NCBI GenBank assembly: GCA_964291675.2
Contig: OZ219866.1
Coordinates: 3,072,001-3,136,000 of the forward strand
Length of the DNA stretch: 64,000 nt
Reading direction: 5' to 3'
Origin: Alphaproteobacteria bacterium
GTDB lineage: Bacteria; Pseudomonadota; Alphaproteobacteria; MPNO01
This document shows positions 23,453-34,081 of this stretch, piece after piece (the first letter of the stretch is position 1; each line of letters opens with the position of its first letter). Made by a program: the position numbers and the translations under genes. The notes below the pieces were generated by a model. The model did not search any database. It was not told the origin of the DNA and was given only the letters and a program-made list of their open reading frames with translations.

Positions 23453-24076
23453 ATGGAGCGCATCATTGTCGGCATCACCGGCGCCACCGGCACGATCTAC
23501 GGCGTGCGGCTGATGGAGATGCTGCGCCAGTCCGGCGCGTTCGAAGTCCATCTGGTGATGAGCCGGTCGGCCAAGCTGACCCTCAAGATGGAGCACGACG
23601 TCGACATCGCCGACATCAACGCGCTGGCCGACGAGGTGCACGAGGTCGGCAATATCGGGGCGTCCATCTCGTCGGGCTCTTTCCATTCCAAGGGTATGGT
23701 GATCGCGCCGTGCTCGATCAAGACCATGTCGAACGTGGCGATGGGCAATACCGGCGACCTGATCAGCCGCGCCGCGGACGTGGTGCTCAAGGAGCGCCGC
23801 ACGCTGCTGGTGGCGATCCGCGAGACGCCGCTGCATGCCGGCCATCTGGAGAACCTGATCCGCCTCGGCCGGCTCGGCGCGGTGATCTTCCCGCCGGTGC
23901 CGGCGTTCTACAACCGGCCGGTGACGTTGCAGGACGTGGTCGACCAGAGCTGCATGAGGATGCTCGACCAGTTCGGCATCCACATCGAATCGGCCCCCCG
24001 CTGGGGCGAGGAGGGCGGCGTGCCGGCGGTCGGCCAGAGGATCGTCGGCGGCAAGGCGGCCGCGGTCGACGACTAG
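23453..24076 (+). CDS. ubiX: Flavin prenyltransferase UbiX
   Basis: GITGATG, ISSGS, APCS, RAADVVLKE, RETP, PAFY. Confidence 0.93.
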   Translation: MERIIVGITGATGTIYGVRLMEMLRQSGAFEVHLVMSRSAKLTLKMEHDVDIADINALADEVHEVGNIGASISSGSFHSKGMVIAPCSIKTMSNVAMGNTGDLISRAADVVLKERRTLLVAIRETPLHAGHLENLIRLGRLGAVIFPPVPAFYNRPVTLQDVVDQSCMRMLDQFGIHIESAPRWGEEGGVPAVGQRIVGGKAAAVDD

Positions 24077-24240
24077 CGCGCGCCCGGTTGGGCCGGAAGC
24101 GTTCCCCCCCATTCCCGCGCCGCCACCGTCGGCGAGGCCGGCCGTCAATGCGATCCATGGTTGTATGTCCGTCCGGGTTTGTTCTGGATCGCCAATGCGG
24201 CGTCCACTATATTCGCAAACGAGGATGGCGGAGTTCGACT

Positions 24241-24432
24241 ATGGCCACCCAGGCCGATACCCATGAAGCAGCCTTCGGCCAGCGTCTGGCAAGGATCGAA
24301 TCCTTCATGGAGCATGCCGCCACCCGCGAGGATCTGCTCAATCTCAAGGTGTGGATTCTGTTGTGTGCCATAGGCGCCATCGCGGGCGGGGCGACGCTCG
24401 CGATAGCCGTCGTCCAGCTGTTCATGGGGTAA
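24241..24432 (+). CDS. Small protein (63 aa): short coiled coil + C-terminal TM helix
   Basis: RLARIE...ATREDL then hydrophobic WILLCAIGAIAGGATLAIAVV; stop overlaps convergent gene; locally lower GC. Confidence 0.55.
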   Translation: MATQADTHEAAFGQRLARIESFMEHAATREDLLNLKVWILLCAIGAIAGGATLAIAVVQLFMG

Positions 24433-25225
24433 TGCGGGCGTAGCCCAGCCTGACCTCCGCCGCACCGATCCCGTCGATCTCGACGCGCGCCGCGGCGGGA
24501 AAGCGCGCGAGCCACACCGTCTTCACCAGCGATCCCGTCATCACCAGCGAGCCCGCGCGCAGCACCGCGCCCCGCCGTCCGAGCGCGCGGGCGAGCCATG
24601 CAACGGCATCGAGCGGATGCCCGAGCACGTCCGTCCCCGCGCCCCGCCCGGTTTCCACGCCGTCGATCAGGGTCCGCCCGGACGCGCGGTCGAGCGCCAT
24701 CGGGTCGCAGTCCGCCGGCTTCCCCAGCACGCAGGCGGCCTGGAAGAAATCGTCGGCGATCAGCGTCGGCGTGCCGAGGGCGGACCAGTCGCCGTAGCGG
24801 TTGTCGACGATCTCGATCGCCGGCATCGCCGCGGCGACGGCACCGGCGATCCGGGCGCGGGGCGGGGCGCGGCGGCGGGCGTCGACATCGCGGCCGAGCC
24901 GGAGCGCGATCTCGCATTCGATGCCGGGCGCCCGGAACCCCGCCGCGGCCAGCACGGCGCCGGTGGGATGGACGTCGCCGGCGCGGATGCCGCCATAGAC
25001 CGGCGCGTCGAGGCCCAGCATCGCCTGCATGACGGGGGTGGTGCAGCCGAGCTTGTAGCCCGCCTGCGGCGGGTCGCCGTTGTCGGCGAACCAGGCGCGC
25101 AGCGCCTGCTGGACGCGATAGGCTTCCGCCTCGTCCGCCGGCCGCAGCGGCCCGGGAAGCGGCCCGACCGCCGCGACGTTTCGCCGCGCCCGGCCGAGCA
25201 GCGCCGCCGCGTCTTCCGCGGTCAA
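24422..25225 (-). CDS. 2-keto-4-pentenoate hydratase / FAA-hydrolase family protein
   Basis: AYRVQ, GYKLG, IECEIA, PAIEIVD.RY, IADD, GHPL..V.WL, VMTGS; TTG start overlaps upstream stop. Confidence 0.85.
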   Translation of the reverse strand: MTAEDAAALLGRARRNVAAVGPLPGPLRPADEAEAYRVQQALRAWFADNGDPPQAGYKLGCTTPVMQAMLGLDAPVYGGIRAGDVHPTGAVLAAAGFRAPGIECEIALRLGRDVDARRRAPPRARIAGAVAAAMPAIEIVDNRYGDWSALGTPTLIADDFFQAACVLGKPADCDPMALDRASGRTLIDGVETGRGAGTDVLGHPLDAVAWLARALGRRGAVLRAGSLVMTGSLVKTVWLARFPAAARVEIDGIGAAEVRLGYARITP

Positions 25226-25941
25226 ACGACCGGCCGCTCGTCCTCGAAGCGGGCGGCCTCCCTCGCGGCGTTCTTCGCCCGTTCGGCGGCGCAGTCCTCG
25301 AACAGCGTGCCCGGGTAGAGGTCGCGGAAATCGCCGATCACCCGGTCGAAGTCGAAATCCGACCACACGCCGTGATCCCGGACATACTCCATGTGGCGCC
25401 GGCCCTGCCCGTCGAATTCCTGGAACAGCGCGTGGCCGGTGCCGTCGAACTCGGTCGGCAGCACGTCGAACTTCTCGCACAGCTCCAGATTGAAGGTCGC
25501 CGCCGCCTTGACCCAGCCCCCGTCGAGATGCAGCACCGCGTAGCCGTGGTGGATGAACAAATTGCTGCCGCCCATCAGATTGAGCAGGCGCTCGGTGCAG
25601 AGATGGTTGGTCACGTCCGACAGACCGAGCCCTGCGGGGATGCCGACGGCGCGCGCGCAGGCGACCAGGAGATTGGCCTTGGGCACGCAGAACGCGGCGC
25701 CGGATTCGAGCACGCGGCTCGCCCGGTAGCTCTCGCGGTCATCCGATATGGTGTAGGGGTCGTAGCGGATCTCGTCGCGGATCGCGTAGAACAGCGCCAC
25801 CGCCCTGGCGACCGGGGTATCCGCGCCGGCGGTCCTGGCCAGCGCGAACGCGCGGACCGACGGCGCGTCGTGGTCGAAATACCGGGTCGGCTCCAGATAC
25901 AGCCCTCCCGGCTCCGGATAGCCCGCCTCCACATGCTGCAT
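25222..25941 (-). CDS. Transglutaminase-like domain protein
   Basis: LFYAIRDEIRYDPY, FCVPKA (Cys), HGY, WVKA. Confidence 0.8.
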   Translation of the reverse strand: MQHVEAGYPEPGGLYLEPTRYFDHDAPSVRAFALARTAGADTPVARAVALFYAIRDEIRYDPYTISDDRESYRASRVLESGAAFCVPKANLLVACARAVGIPAGLGLSDVTNHLCTERLLNLMGGSNLFIHHGYAVLHLDGGWVKAAATFNLELCEKFDVLPTEFDGTGHALFQEFDGQGRRHMEYVRDHGVWSDFDFDRVIGDFRDLYPGTLFEDCAAERAKNAAREAARFEDERPVV

Positions 25942-26068
25942 CGCCAGCCCTCCCGCCCTTCGCGGCGGGCCGCAACATAGGTGTCCGCCCTGTGCGCTGC
26001 AACGTCGGCGAATGCTGGTATGATGGGACGGTCACCCAGTGGCCGCGCCGGACGGGAGAGGGACCGCG

Positions 26069-27553
26069 ATGCCGAAGGACGGAGATCGACACCGGGAGAG
26101 CCTGCGGGACGGGCGCGAGGTCTATCTCGACGGCGTGCGCATCGGCGACGTGACCGTCCATCCCGCCTACCGGAACGCGGTCGCTTCGGCCTGCGCGCTC
26201 TACGACTTCCAGTGCCGGCCCGAGAACGTCGAGCTGATGACCTTCGAATCGCCGACCAGCGGCGAGCGGGTCAACCGCGCCTGGCAGCTCACCAAATCCT
26301 ATGAGGAGCTGGTCGCGCGCCGCAAGGCGATCGTCGCCTGGATGAGGCTTTCGGGCGGCTGGCTCGGGCGCTCGCCGGACCACATCGCGTCCTCGATGGC
26401 GGGCCAGGTGATGGGCATCCACCTGTTCCGGCGGCACAGCGAGGCGCGGGCGCAGGCGCTGCTCGACTACTACGCCTGGGCGCGGGACAACGACATCTAC
26501 ATGACCTACGTGATCATCAACCCGCAGGCCGACCGGTCGAAGGACACCGGCGAGCAGGACGAGGAGTTCTTGACCTGCGGCGTGGTCGACGAGGATCCGC
26601 AGGGGATCACCGTGCGCGGCGCCAAGATGCTCGGCACCGGCTCGATCATGGCGAACGAGGTGCTGTGCGCCAACATCCAGCCGCTCCGGCCGGGCGAGGA
26701 GAAATACGCCATCTCCTTCGCCGTGCCGATGGCGCACAAGGGCGTCAAGGTGCTGTCCCGGCGGTCCTACGAGGGCTCGGTCACCAGCGAGTACGACTAC
26801 CCGCTGTCGACCCATTTCGACGAGAACGACGCGCTGATCTATTTCGACGACGTGCACGTGCCGTGGGACCGGGTGTTCATCTACCGCGACACCGAGATGG
26901 CGCGGGCCCAGTTCTCCGACACCTACGCGCACTACATGCAGAACTACCAGGCGCAGATCCGCCTGATGGTGAAGATGCAGTTCCTGCTCGGCGTCGCCCA
27001 CAAGATCGCCGAGACCATCGGCACGGTCGGCATCCCCTCGGTGCGCGAGCAGCTCGGCCATCTCGCGGCGCAGACCGCGATGGTCAAGGGGCTGGTCTAC
27101 GGCATGGAAGCCGGCGGCGGCGAGTATCACGGCCATTACGTGCCCGACCGCAACCTGATGTACTCCTCCCAGGTGCTGACCCAGCAGCTCTACCCCGACT
27201 TCATCACCAAGCTGCGCGAGCTCGCCGGCGGGGCGCTGATCATGCTGCCGTCCTCGGCGCGCGACTTCGCCGTCCCGGCGCTCGCCGAGTATATCGAGCG
27301 CACCCAGCAATCGCCGGCGATGGACCCCGAGCCCAGGGTGAAATTCCTCAAGCTCGCCTGGGACGCGATCGGCTCGGAATTCGCCTCGCGCCACGCCCAG
27401 TACGAGATGTTCTACGCCGGCGCCCAGTTCGTCACCCGCGGCCACGCCTACCGCACCTATGACTGGCAGGCGGCGACCGGGCTGGTCGACGAGATGCTGT
27501 CCCGCTACGACCTCGCCGCCTCCATCGGCAGCGCGGAGGAGGCGGCGGAGTAG
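26069..27553 (+). CDS. 4-hydroxyphenylacetate 3-hydroxylase (HpaB) family flavin-dependent monooxygenase
   Basis: ESLRDGREVYLDG, GRSPDH, VRGAKMLGT, FDENDA...FDDV.VPW, RHAQYEMFY. Confidence 0.88.
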   Translation: MPKDGDRHRESLRDGREVYLDGVRIGDVTVHPAYRNAVASACALYDFQCRPENVELMTFESPTSGERVNRAWQLTKSYEELVARRKAIVAWMRLSGGWLGRSPDHIASSMAGQVMGIHLFRRHSEARAQALLDYYAWARDNDIYMTYVIINPQADRSKDTGEQDEEFLTCGVVDEDPQGITVRGAKMLGTGSIMANEVLCANIQPLRPGEEKYAISFAVPMAHKGVKVLSRRSYEGSVTSEYDYPLSTHFDENDALIYFDDVHVPWDRVFIYRDTEMARAQFSDTYAHYMQNYQAQIRLMVKMQFLLGVAHKIAETIGTVGIPSVREQLGHLAAQTAMVKGLVYGMEAGGGEYHGHYVPDRNLMYSSQVLTQQLYPDFITKLRELAGGALIMLPSSARDFAVPALAEYIERTQQSPAMDPEPRVKFLKLAWDAIGSEFASRHAQYEMFYAGAQFVTRGHAYRTYDWQAATGLVDEMLSRYDLAASIGSAEEAAE

Positions 27554-27661
27554 GGGGGCGCCGCTCTGGTGCCGGTCCCGCGAATCCGCCTATAACCGGG
27601 GCTGACGGCCGCCCTCGATCGCCGCTCGCCTGTCCGGGGGGGCGCCGGGCAGGGGGGTCGC

Positions 27662-28918
27662 TTGGCCGCAGGACACGCATCCGACATCGACGCGCGCGCG
27701 GCCCGGAGGGGCTGGATCGTCGTCGCCGCGCTGTTCGCGATGCTCGGCATCGTGATCGCCGCGCGCAACGCGATCGGCCTGCTGATGCCGTTTCTCAAGG
27801 ACGATCTGGGCTGGAGCTACGGCCTGGTGTCCACCGCTGGCGCGGCGATGCTGACCACCATGGCGGCGGTCGCCCCGGTCGCCGGGATGCTGCTCGACCG
27901 GCACGGCCCGCGCGCGGTCTACGCCATCGGCATGGCGCTCGCCGCGCTGGCGCTCGGGTTGTGCGCGCTGATGTCGGAGCCCTGGCAGCTCGTGCTGTGC
28001 TACGGCCTGGTCGGCGGCATCGGCTTCGCGGCGATCTCCCCCTCGCTGGTGTCGACCACGGTGGCGGCGTATTTCGACCGCCGCCTCGGGCTTGCCACCG
28101 GCATCGCGACCTCGGGCAGCACCGCCGGGCAGGTCGCCCTGATGCCGCTGCTCGCGGTGCTGATCGCGGCGTTCGGCTGGCGCTCCAGCCTGTGGATCGC
28201 CGCCGCCGCAATCCTCGCCACCGCGGTCGCGGTCAACCTGCTGATCGGCCGGCGCGGGGCCGCCGCCGCCCGTCCGGTGCCGAATCGGGGGGCGCGAAGC
28301 GGCTTCGGCGCGGTGCTGCGCGAGCTCGCCCGCAAGCCGACCTTCTGGCTGCTCGCCGGCGGCTTCGCGATCTGCGGCTTCACCACCGCCGGGGTGGTCA
28401 AGATCCACCTGATCCCCTACGCCGTCGCCTGCGGCTTCCCGCCGCTGGAGGGCGCCACCGCCTATGGCGTGCTGTCGGCCTTCAGCCTCGCCGGGCTGAT
28501 CGGCTTCGGCCACCTGTCCGACCGCTTCCACCGTCCGACGCTGCTCGCCGCGATCTACTTCATGCGCGGGCTCACCTTCCTCGTCCTCATGCAGATCTCC
28601 GGCAGCACGCCGCTCCTGTTCGCCTTCGCGGTGCTGTTCGGCAGCTTCGACTACGCCACCTTCCCGATCGTCGCCGGCCTGGTGGCGAGCCATATGGGGC
28701 GGCATATCATGGGCGTCACGATGGGGCTGATCTTCGCCGCCCACTCGCTCGGCGGCGCGGCGGGATCGTTCCTCGGCGGCTATCTGTTCGAGCTCTTCGC
28801 GCGCTATGACTGGGTGTGGATCGTGTCGCTCGCGCTCGCCTTCCTGGCCGCCTTCCTGTCGATCCTGATCCGCGAGAGCCGCGGCCCCGGCCCGGCGCTC
28901 GCAACCGCCGGGGCCTGA
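27662..28918 (+). CDS. MFS transporter
   Basis: About 12 TM helices; G.LLDRHGPR and GHLSDRF motif A. Confidence 0.88.
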   Translation: MAAGHASDIDARAARRGWIVVAALFAMLGIVIAARNAIGLLMPFLKDDLGWSYGLVSTAGAAMLTTMAAVAPVAGMLLDRHGPRAVYAIGMALAALALGLCALMSEPWQLVLCYGLVGGIGFAAISPSLVSTTVAAYFDRRLGLATGIATSGSTAGQVALMPLLAVLIAAFGWRSSLWIAAAAILATAVAVNLLIGRRGAAAARPVPNRGARSGFGAVLRELARKPTFWLLAGGFAICGFTTAGVVKIHLIPYAVACGFPPLEGATAYGVLSAFSLAGLIGFGHLSDRFHRPTLLAAIYFMRGLTFLVLMQISGSTPLLFAFAVLFGSFDYATFPIVAGLVASHMGRHIMGVTMGLIFAAHSLGGAAGSFLGGYLFELFARYDWVWIVSLALAFLAAFLSILIRESRGPGPALATAGA

Positions 28919-30240
28919 TGACCGGTCGTTCGCTGGCCGCCCGCCTGCCGTTCTATTACGGCTGGGCGGTCGTCGGGATCGCCTTCGTGACCATGTCCGT
29001 CGGGGTCAGCGCGCGGACCTCGTTCTCGCTCCTGTTTCCGCCGATCCTCGACGAGTTCGGCTGGGAGCGCGGCGTGACCGCGGCGGCGTTCTCGGTCGGC
29101 TTCGCCGCCTCGGTGATGCTGGTGCCGACGCTCGGCTTCGTGATGACGCGTTTCGGCCCGCAGGTGATGATCCCGGCCGGCGCGACGATCGCCGCGGCCG
29201 GGCTGCTGCTCGCCACCCTGGCGACGACGCCGGGCGAGTTCTACCTCACCCTCGGCGTCATGACGGTGAGCTTCGCGGTCTCGATGAGCTATGCCGGGCA
29301 TTCGATGTTCCTGCCCAACTGGTTCGTGCGCCGCCGCGGGCTGGCGATCGGTATCGCCTTCTCCGGCGTCGGCGTGGGGGCGATCGTCATCCTGCCCTGG
29401 CTGCAATCGGTGATCGAAGCCGATGGCTGGCGGGTCGCCTGCCTGTCGCTCGCGGCCCTGCTGGTGGCGGTGATCGTCCCGCTCAACCTGCTCGCCCAGC
29501 GCCGGGACCCGGCCTCGGTGGGGCTCGATCCCGACGGCGACGACCGGCAGCCGGGCAGGGGGCGCGCCGCGCGGCCCGAGACGGTGGTCGACCGTCGCTG
29601 GGCGGAGACCGACTGGACGCTCGGCCGCGCCGTCGCCACCGCCCGCTTCTGGTGGGTGACCTGCGCCTACTTCACCGGGCTGTTCGCCTGGTACGCGGTC
29701 CAGGTGCACCAGACCAAATACCTGCTGGATATCGGCTTCGCCCCGGACTTCGCCGCGCTCGCTCTGGGCCTGGTCGGGTTCTGCGGCATCTTCGGCCAGA
29801 TCGGGGTGGGCGGGCTGTCGGACCGCATCGGCCGGGAATGGGCGTGGACGGTGGCGCTGTCGGGCTTCGCGGCCTGCTACCTGCTGCTGCTGGTCGTCGA
29901 GACCCTGCCGTCGCCGCTCCTGGTCTATGCGATCGTCGCCTGCCAGGGCCTGTTCGGCTACGGGCTCGGCGCGCTCTACGGCACGATTGCCGCCGACATC
30001 TATGCCGGGCCGCGCTTCGCCGTGGTGTTCGGCTTCCTCAGCGTCGGCGGCAATCTGGGCGCCGGGGCGGGTCCCTGGCTGACCGGGACGATCTTCGACC
30101 GCGCCGGCAGCTACGCGCCGGCCTTCACGCTCTGCGCCGCGCTCGCGCTGGTCTCGATCTTCTGCATCTGGATGGCGGCGCCGCGCAAGGTACGGCTCGC
30201 CGCCGGCGTCGCCCTCAGCCGTGCGCGGCGGCGGACCTGA
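28918..30240 (+). CDS. MFS transporter
   Basis: FYYGW start, WFVRRRGLA, GLSDRIGR; TGATG coupling to upstream MFS. Confidence 0.88.
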   Translation: MTGRSLAARLPFYYGWAVVGIAFVTMSVGVSARTSFSLLFPPILDEFGWERGVTAAAFSVGFAASVMLVPTLGFVMTRFGPQVMIPAGATIAAAGLLLATLATTPGEFYLTLGVMTVSFAVSMSYAGHSMFLPNWFVRRRGLAIGIAFSGVGVGAIVILPWLQSVIEADGWRVACLSLAALLVAVIVPLNLLAQRRDPASVGLDPDGDDRQPGRGRAARPETVVDRRWAETDWTLGRAVATARFWWVTCAYFTGLFAWYAVQVHQTKYLLDIGFAPDFAALALGLVGFCGIFGQIGVGGLSDRIGREWAWTVALSGFAACYLLLLVVETLPSPLLVYAIVACQGLFGYGLGALYGTIAADIYAGPRFAVVFGFLSVGGNLGAGAGPWLTGTIFDRAGSYAPAFTLCAALALVSIFCIWMAAPRKVRLAAGVALSRARRRT

Positions 30241-31315
30241 GCCCCATCCGTTCCAGCCGCGGCAGCACCTCGTCGCGGAAATAGGGAAAATGCTTGAGGT
30301 AGTTGGGGAAGCCGAGGGCGAGCGCGCTCACCCCGCCGGCCGACATCAGGCGCATGGTCTCGGCCACCCCATCGGGATCGCCGACGATGGGGAAGCCGCT
30401 ATTGCCGCCGGCCGCGCGCAGCCGGAAGAGCTGCCGCCGGTCCTCCGGGATGCCCGGCCTGTCCCAGCCGCGCTCCACCACCATGGTCTCCACCGCCTCG
30501 GCGTCGCGGTGCTCGACGGCGTAGTGGTGGTGGTAGTCCTCCGCCTCCTTGCGGGTCGGCCGACAGACCACATAGGCGTTGGTGAAGATGCCGACGTCGC
30601 GGCCCAGCGCCCTGGCCTCCGAGCGGATCTCCGCCGACTGGGCGGGCAGGCGGTCGAGGTCCCACACCACGGTGAACAGCATGTCGGCGTTGCGCAGCGC
30701 AAACGCGCGCCCGGTCGGCGACATCGCCGCGCTGACCAGCATCGGGCGGCGCCGGTCCAGCGGCTTGGGCTCCAGCACGGTCGATCGCAGGGTGAAGAAC
30801 TCGCCGTCCAGATCGAACGGCCGGTCCTCGGTCCACACCCGGTTGACGATGTCGAGCCACTCCTGGCCGAGATCGTAGCGCCGGTCATGCGCGCCGAGAT
30901 CGACGCCCAGCATGTCGAACTCCTTCTGGTACCAGCCGCAGACGATGTTGAGCCCGAACCGGCCGCCGCCGATATGGTGGCAGGTAACCATCTGCTTGGC
31001 CGCGAAGACCGGGTTGATCAGCGTCACGTGCAGCGTGCCGAAGGCCATGATGCGCCGGGTCGATGCGAGGATGCCCGCGGCCCAGGTCAGGGTCTCGAAA
31101 TTGGAGCCGTTGTGGTTGGTCTCGCCGCCATAGCCGATCCAGCGTCCGAGCGGCAGCATGAAGTCCATGCCGGCGTCGTCGGCCATGCGGGCGAGCGCGA
31201 GGTTGTTCTCCCAGCTCGCTTCCCAGCGGTCCGGGAAGGTCGAGGTGGCGAGACCGCCCGAGCAATTGGCGCCGAACAGGCCGAGGCTTAGCGTGTTACG
31301 GTTGAGGCCGGTCAT
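30215..31315 (-). CDS. LLM-class (luciferase-like) flavin-dependent monooxygenase
   Basis: GLFGAN, LARMAD..G.DF, RW.GYGG, GRFGLNIV.GW..EF, EVLPRL. Confidence 0.88.
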   Translation of the reverse strand: MTGLNRNTLSLGLFGANCSGGLATSTFPDRWEASWENNLALARMADDAGMDFMLPLGRWIGYGGETNHNGSNFETLTWAAGILASTRRIMAFGTLHVTLINPVFAAKQMVTCHHIGGGRFGLNIVCGWYQKEFDMLGVDLGAHDRRYDLGQEWLDIVNRVWTEDRPFDLDGEFFTLRSTVLEPKPLDRRRPMLVSAAMSPTGRAFALRNADMLFTVVWDLDRLPAQSAEIRSEARALGRDVGIFTNAYVVCRPTRKEAEDYHHHYAVEHRDAEAVETMVVERGWDRPGIPEDRRQLFRLRAAGGNSGFPIVGDPDGVAETMRLMSAGGVSALALGFPNYLKHFPYFRDEVLPRLERMGLRSAAAHG

Positions 31316-31421
31316 CCCGGCCGGAGCATAGGAACAATCGGCGAGGCTGACGAGGGGCGGCGTTTGTGCCGCGGCGCATCGCGGCGTATATGCCCCGTCG
31401 TCGAAGGGAAGGGAGCGTGAG

Positions 31422-32828
31422 TTGCGCTATGTGAGCACGCGTGGCGAGGCGCCGCCGCTCGGATTCGAGGACGTGCTGCTGAGCGGGCTCGCGCCCGATG
31501 GCGGGCTTTACGTGCCCGAATCCTGGCCCCGCTTCGACGCGCGCACGCTCGCCGGGTTCGCAGCGCTTCCCTATCACGAGGTCGCGGCCCGCCTCGTCGC
31601 CCCGTTCACCGAACCGGACATCGACGAGGCGACGCTGGCCGGGATCGCCGCCGCTTCCTATGCCGGGTTCGACCATCCCGCGGTCGCCCCGCTGGTCCAG
31701 CTCGATTCCGGCGACTGGCTGCTGGAGCTGTTTCACGGCCCGACGCTGGCCTTCAAGGACTACGCCCTGCAGCTTGTCGGCCGGCTGTTCGATCACGCGC
31801 TCGCCAGGCGCGGCGAGCGGGTGACGATCGTCGCCGCGACCTCCGGGGATACCGGGTCGGCGGCGATCGAGGCCTGCCGCGACCGCGCCGGGATCGAGAT
31901 CTTCGTGCTGCACCCGGAAGGGCGGGTGTCCGAGGTTCAGCGCCGCCAGATGACCACGGTCGATGCGGCGAACGTCCACAACATCGCCGTCGAGGGGACC
32001 TTCGACGACTGCCAGGATTTGGTGAAGGCGATGTTCAACGACGCCCGCTTCCGCGCCGATTGCCGGCTGACCGCGGTGAACTCGATCAACTGGGCGCGGA
32101 TCGCCGCCCAGGCGGTCTACTACGTCACCGCCGCGGTCGCGCTCGGCGCGCCCCACCGGCCGGTCGCGTTCTCGGTGCCCACCGGCAATTTCGGCAACGT
32201 CTTCGCCGGCTACGCCGCCCGCCGCATGGGCCTGCCGGTCGACCAGCTGGTCATCGCGACCAACCGCAACGACATCCTCGCCCGGTTCCTGGAGACCGGC
32301 ACCATGGAGATCGGCGAGGTGGTGCCGACCGTCAGCCCCAGCATGGACATCCAGGTCTCGAGCAATTTCGAGCGCCTGCTGTACGACTTCGTGCGCCGCG
32401 ACGGCGCCGCGGTGCGCCGGGCGCTGGACCGCTTCCGCCAGTCCGGGCGGATGACCGTGGCCGCGGTGACCATGGCGCGCATCCGCGAGCTGTTCGCCGC
32501 CGGCCGGCGGAGCGACGACGAGACCCGGCGCACCATCGCCCGGGTGTTCGAGGACGCGCATATCATGCTCGACCCGCACACCGCCGTCGGCTACGGCGTC
32601 GGACGCGACCGGCGGCGCGACCGCGAAATTCCGCTGATCGCGATGGCGACCGCGCATCCGGCCAAGTTCCCCGAAGCGGTGGAGACCGCGACCGGCATCC
32701 GGCCGGAATTGCCGCCCCGCCTCGCCGCGGTGCTGGCGCGGCCCGAACGGGTCGAGACCATGGCCAACGACGTGGCGGCCATAAAAGCACTGGTGCGCGA
32801 GAGCATCGGTATCCGGGGCGCGGCATGA
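31422..32828 (+). CDS. thrC: Threonine synthase
   Basis: YVSTRG, LFHGPTLAFKD, ATSGDTG, NSINWAR, PTGNFG, TAHPAKF. Confidence 0.97.
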   Translation: MRYVSTRGEAPPLGFEDVLLSGLAPDGGLYVPESWPRFDARTLAGFAALPYHEVAARLVAPFTEPDIDEATLAGIAAASYAGFDHPAVAPLVQLDSGDWLLELFHGPTLAFKDYALQLVGRLFDHALARRGERVTIVAATSGDTGSAAIEACRDRAGIEIFVLHPEGRVSEVQRRQMTTVDAANVHNIAVEGTFDDCQDLVKAMFNDARFRADCRLTAVNSINWARIAAQAVYYVTAAVALGAPHRPVAFSVPTGNFGNVFAGYAARRMGLPVDQLVIATNRNDILARFLETGTMEIGEVVPTVSPSMDIQVSSNFERLLYDFVRRDGAAVRRALDRFRQSGRMTVAAVTMARIRELFAAGRRSDDETRRTIARVFEDAHIMLDPHTAVGYGVGRDRRRDREIPLIAMATAHPAKFPEAVETATGIRPELPPRLAAVLARPERVETMANDVAAIKALVRESIGIRGAA

Positions 32829-34081
32829 GCGTCGCCACGACCGCGCTGCCGAACGGGCTCAGGGTCGTCACCCACCGCATGGCGAGCGTCGAGACGGTCT
32901 CGCTCGGCGCCTGGATCGATGTCGGGACGCGGCACGAGCGCGCCGAGGTCAACGGCATCGCGCATCTGGTCGAGCACATGGCGTTCAAGGGCACGAGCCG
33001 GCGCTCCGCCCGGGCGATCGCCGAGGAGATCGAATCGGTCGGCGGGCACCTCAACGCCTATACCTCGCGCGAGGTCACCGCCTTCCACGCCACGGTTCTC
33101 GGCGGCGACGAGGGTCTGGCGCTCGACATCATCGCCGACATCCTGCAGCACGCCGTGCTCGACGACCGGGAGCTCGAACGCGAGCGGGCGGTCATCCTGC
33201 GCGAGATCGGCCAGAGCAGCGACACGCCGGAAGACGTCGTCTTCGACGACTTCCAGGCGACCGCGTTCCCGGACCAGCCGGTCGGCCGCCCGACGCTGGG
33301 CACGCCGCAGCTCGTGGGCGCGATCGGCCGGGCCGCGCTGGTCGACTACATCGCCCGCTTCTACACCGCCGGGCGGATCGTCGTCGCGGCGGCCGGCAAG
33401 GTGGACCACGACGATTTCGCGCGCCGTGTCGAGGACGCCTTCGGAGGGCTCCGCGGCGACGCGGTGTCGGCGCCCGAGCCCGCGGTCTATGGCGGCGGCG
33501 ACAGCCGCGTCGTGCGCGAGCTGGAGCAGCTCCACCTGGTGCTCGGGCTGGAGGGCATCGCGCATCGCGATCCCGACTATTACGCGCTCGCGGTGTTCTC
33601 CGCCGGGCTCGGCGGCGGGCTTTCCTCGCGGCTGTTCCAGGACATCAGGGAGGAGCGCGGGCTGGTCTATTCGATCTACAGCTTCAACTCCAGCTACGCC
33701 GATTGCGGGCTGTTCGGCATCTATGCCGGGACCGGGGCCGAGAGCGCGTCCGAGGTGGTCGAGCGAGTCTGCGTCAATCTGAGGACCATGGCCGGCGAGG
33801 TCGACGAGATCGAGCTCGGCCGCGCCCGGGCGCAGCTCAAGGCCGGAATCCTGATGTCGCTGGAGAGCACCGCGTCGCGCGCGGAACAGATCGCGCGCCA
33901 CATGCTGATCTTCGGCCGGGTGCTGGCGACGAGCGAAATCACCGAAGGCGTCGACGCGGTGGACCGCGCCGCGGTGGCGCGGATCTCCGACCGCCTGCGC
34001 GCCGGCCGGCCGACCGTCGCGGTACTCGGCCCCGAGGCCGCGCTGCCGGGCTACGGAGAGATCGTTTCCGCTCTGTCCTAG
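32825..34081 (+). CDS. M16 family zinc peptidase (MPP-like)
   Basis: [11 protein letters not shown] inverted zinc motif, [18 protein letters not shown]. Confidence 0.93.
   Translation: MSVATTALPNGLRVVTHRMASVETVSLGAWIDVGTRHERAEVNGIAHLVEHMAFKGTSRRSARAIAEEIESVGGHLNAYTSREVTAFHATVLGGDEGLALDIIADILQHAVLDDRELERERAVILREIGQSSDTPEDVVFDDFQATAFPDQPVGRPTLGTPQLVGAIGRAALVDYIARFYTAGRIVVAAAGKVDHDDFARRVEDAFGGLRGDAVSAPEPAVYGGGDSRVVRELEQLHLVLGLEGIAHRDPDYYALAVFSAGLGGGLSSRLFQDIREERGLVYSIYSFNSSYADCGLFGIYAGTGAESASEVVERVCVNLRTMAGEVDEIELGRARAQLKAGILMSLESTASRAEQIARHMLIFGRVLATSEITEGVDAVDRAAVARISDRLRAGRPTVAVLGPEAALPGYGEIVSALS

Noticed and set aside
31311-31327. GTCATCCCGGCCGGAGC resembling a REP start, overlapping the LLM start codon
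   Set aside because: Only a half element with no closing arm; could be chance in GC-rich DNA
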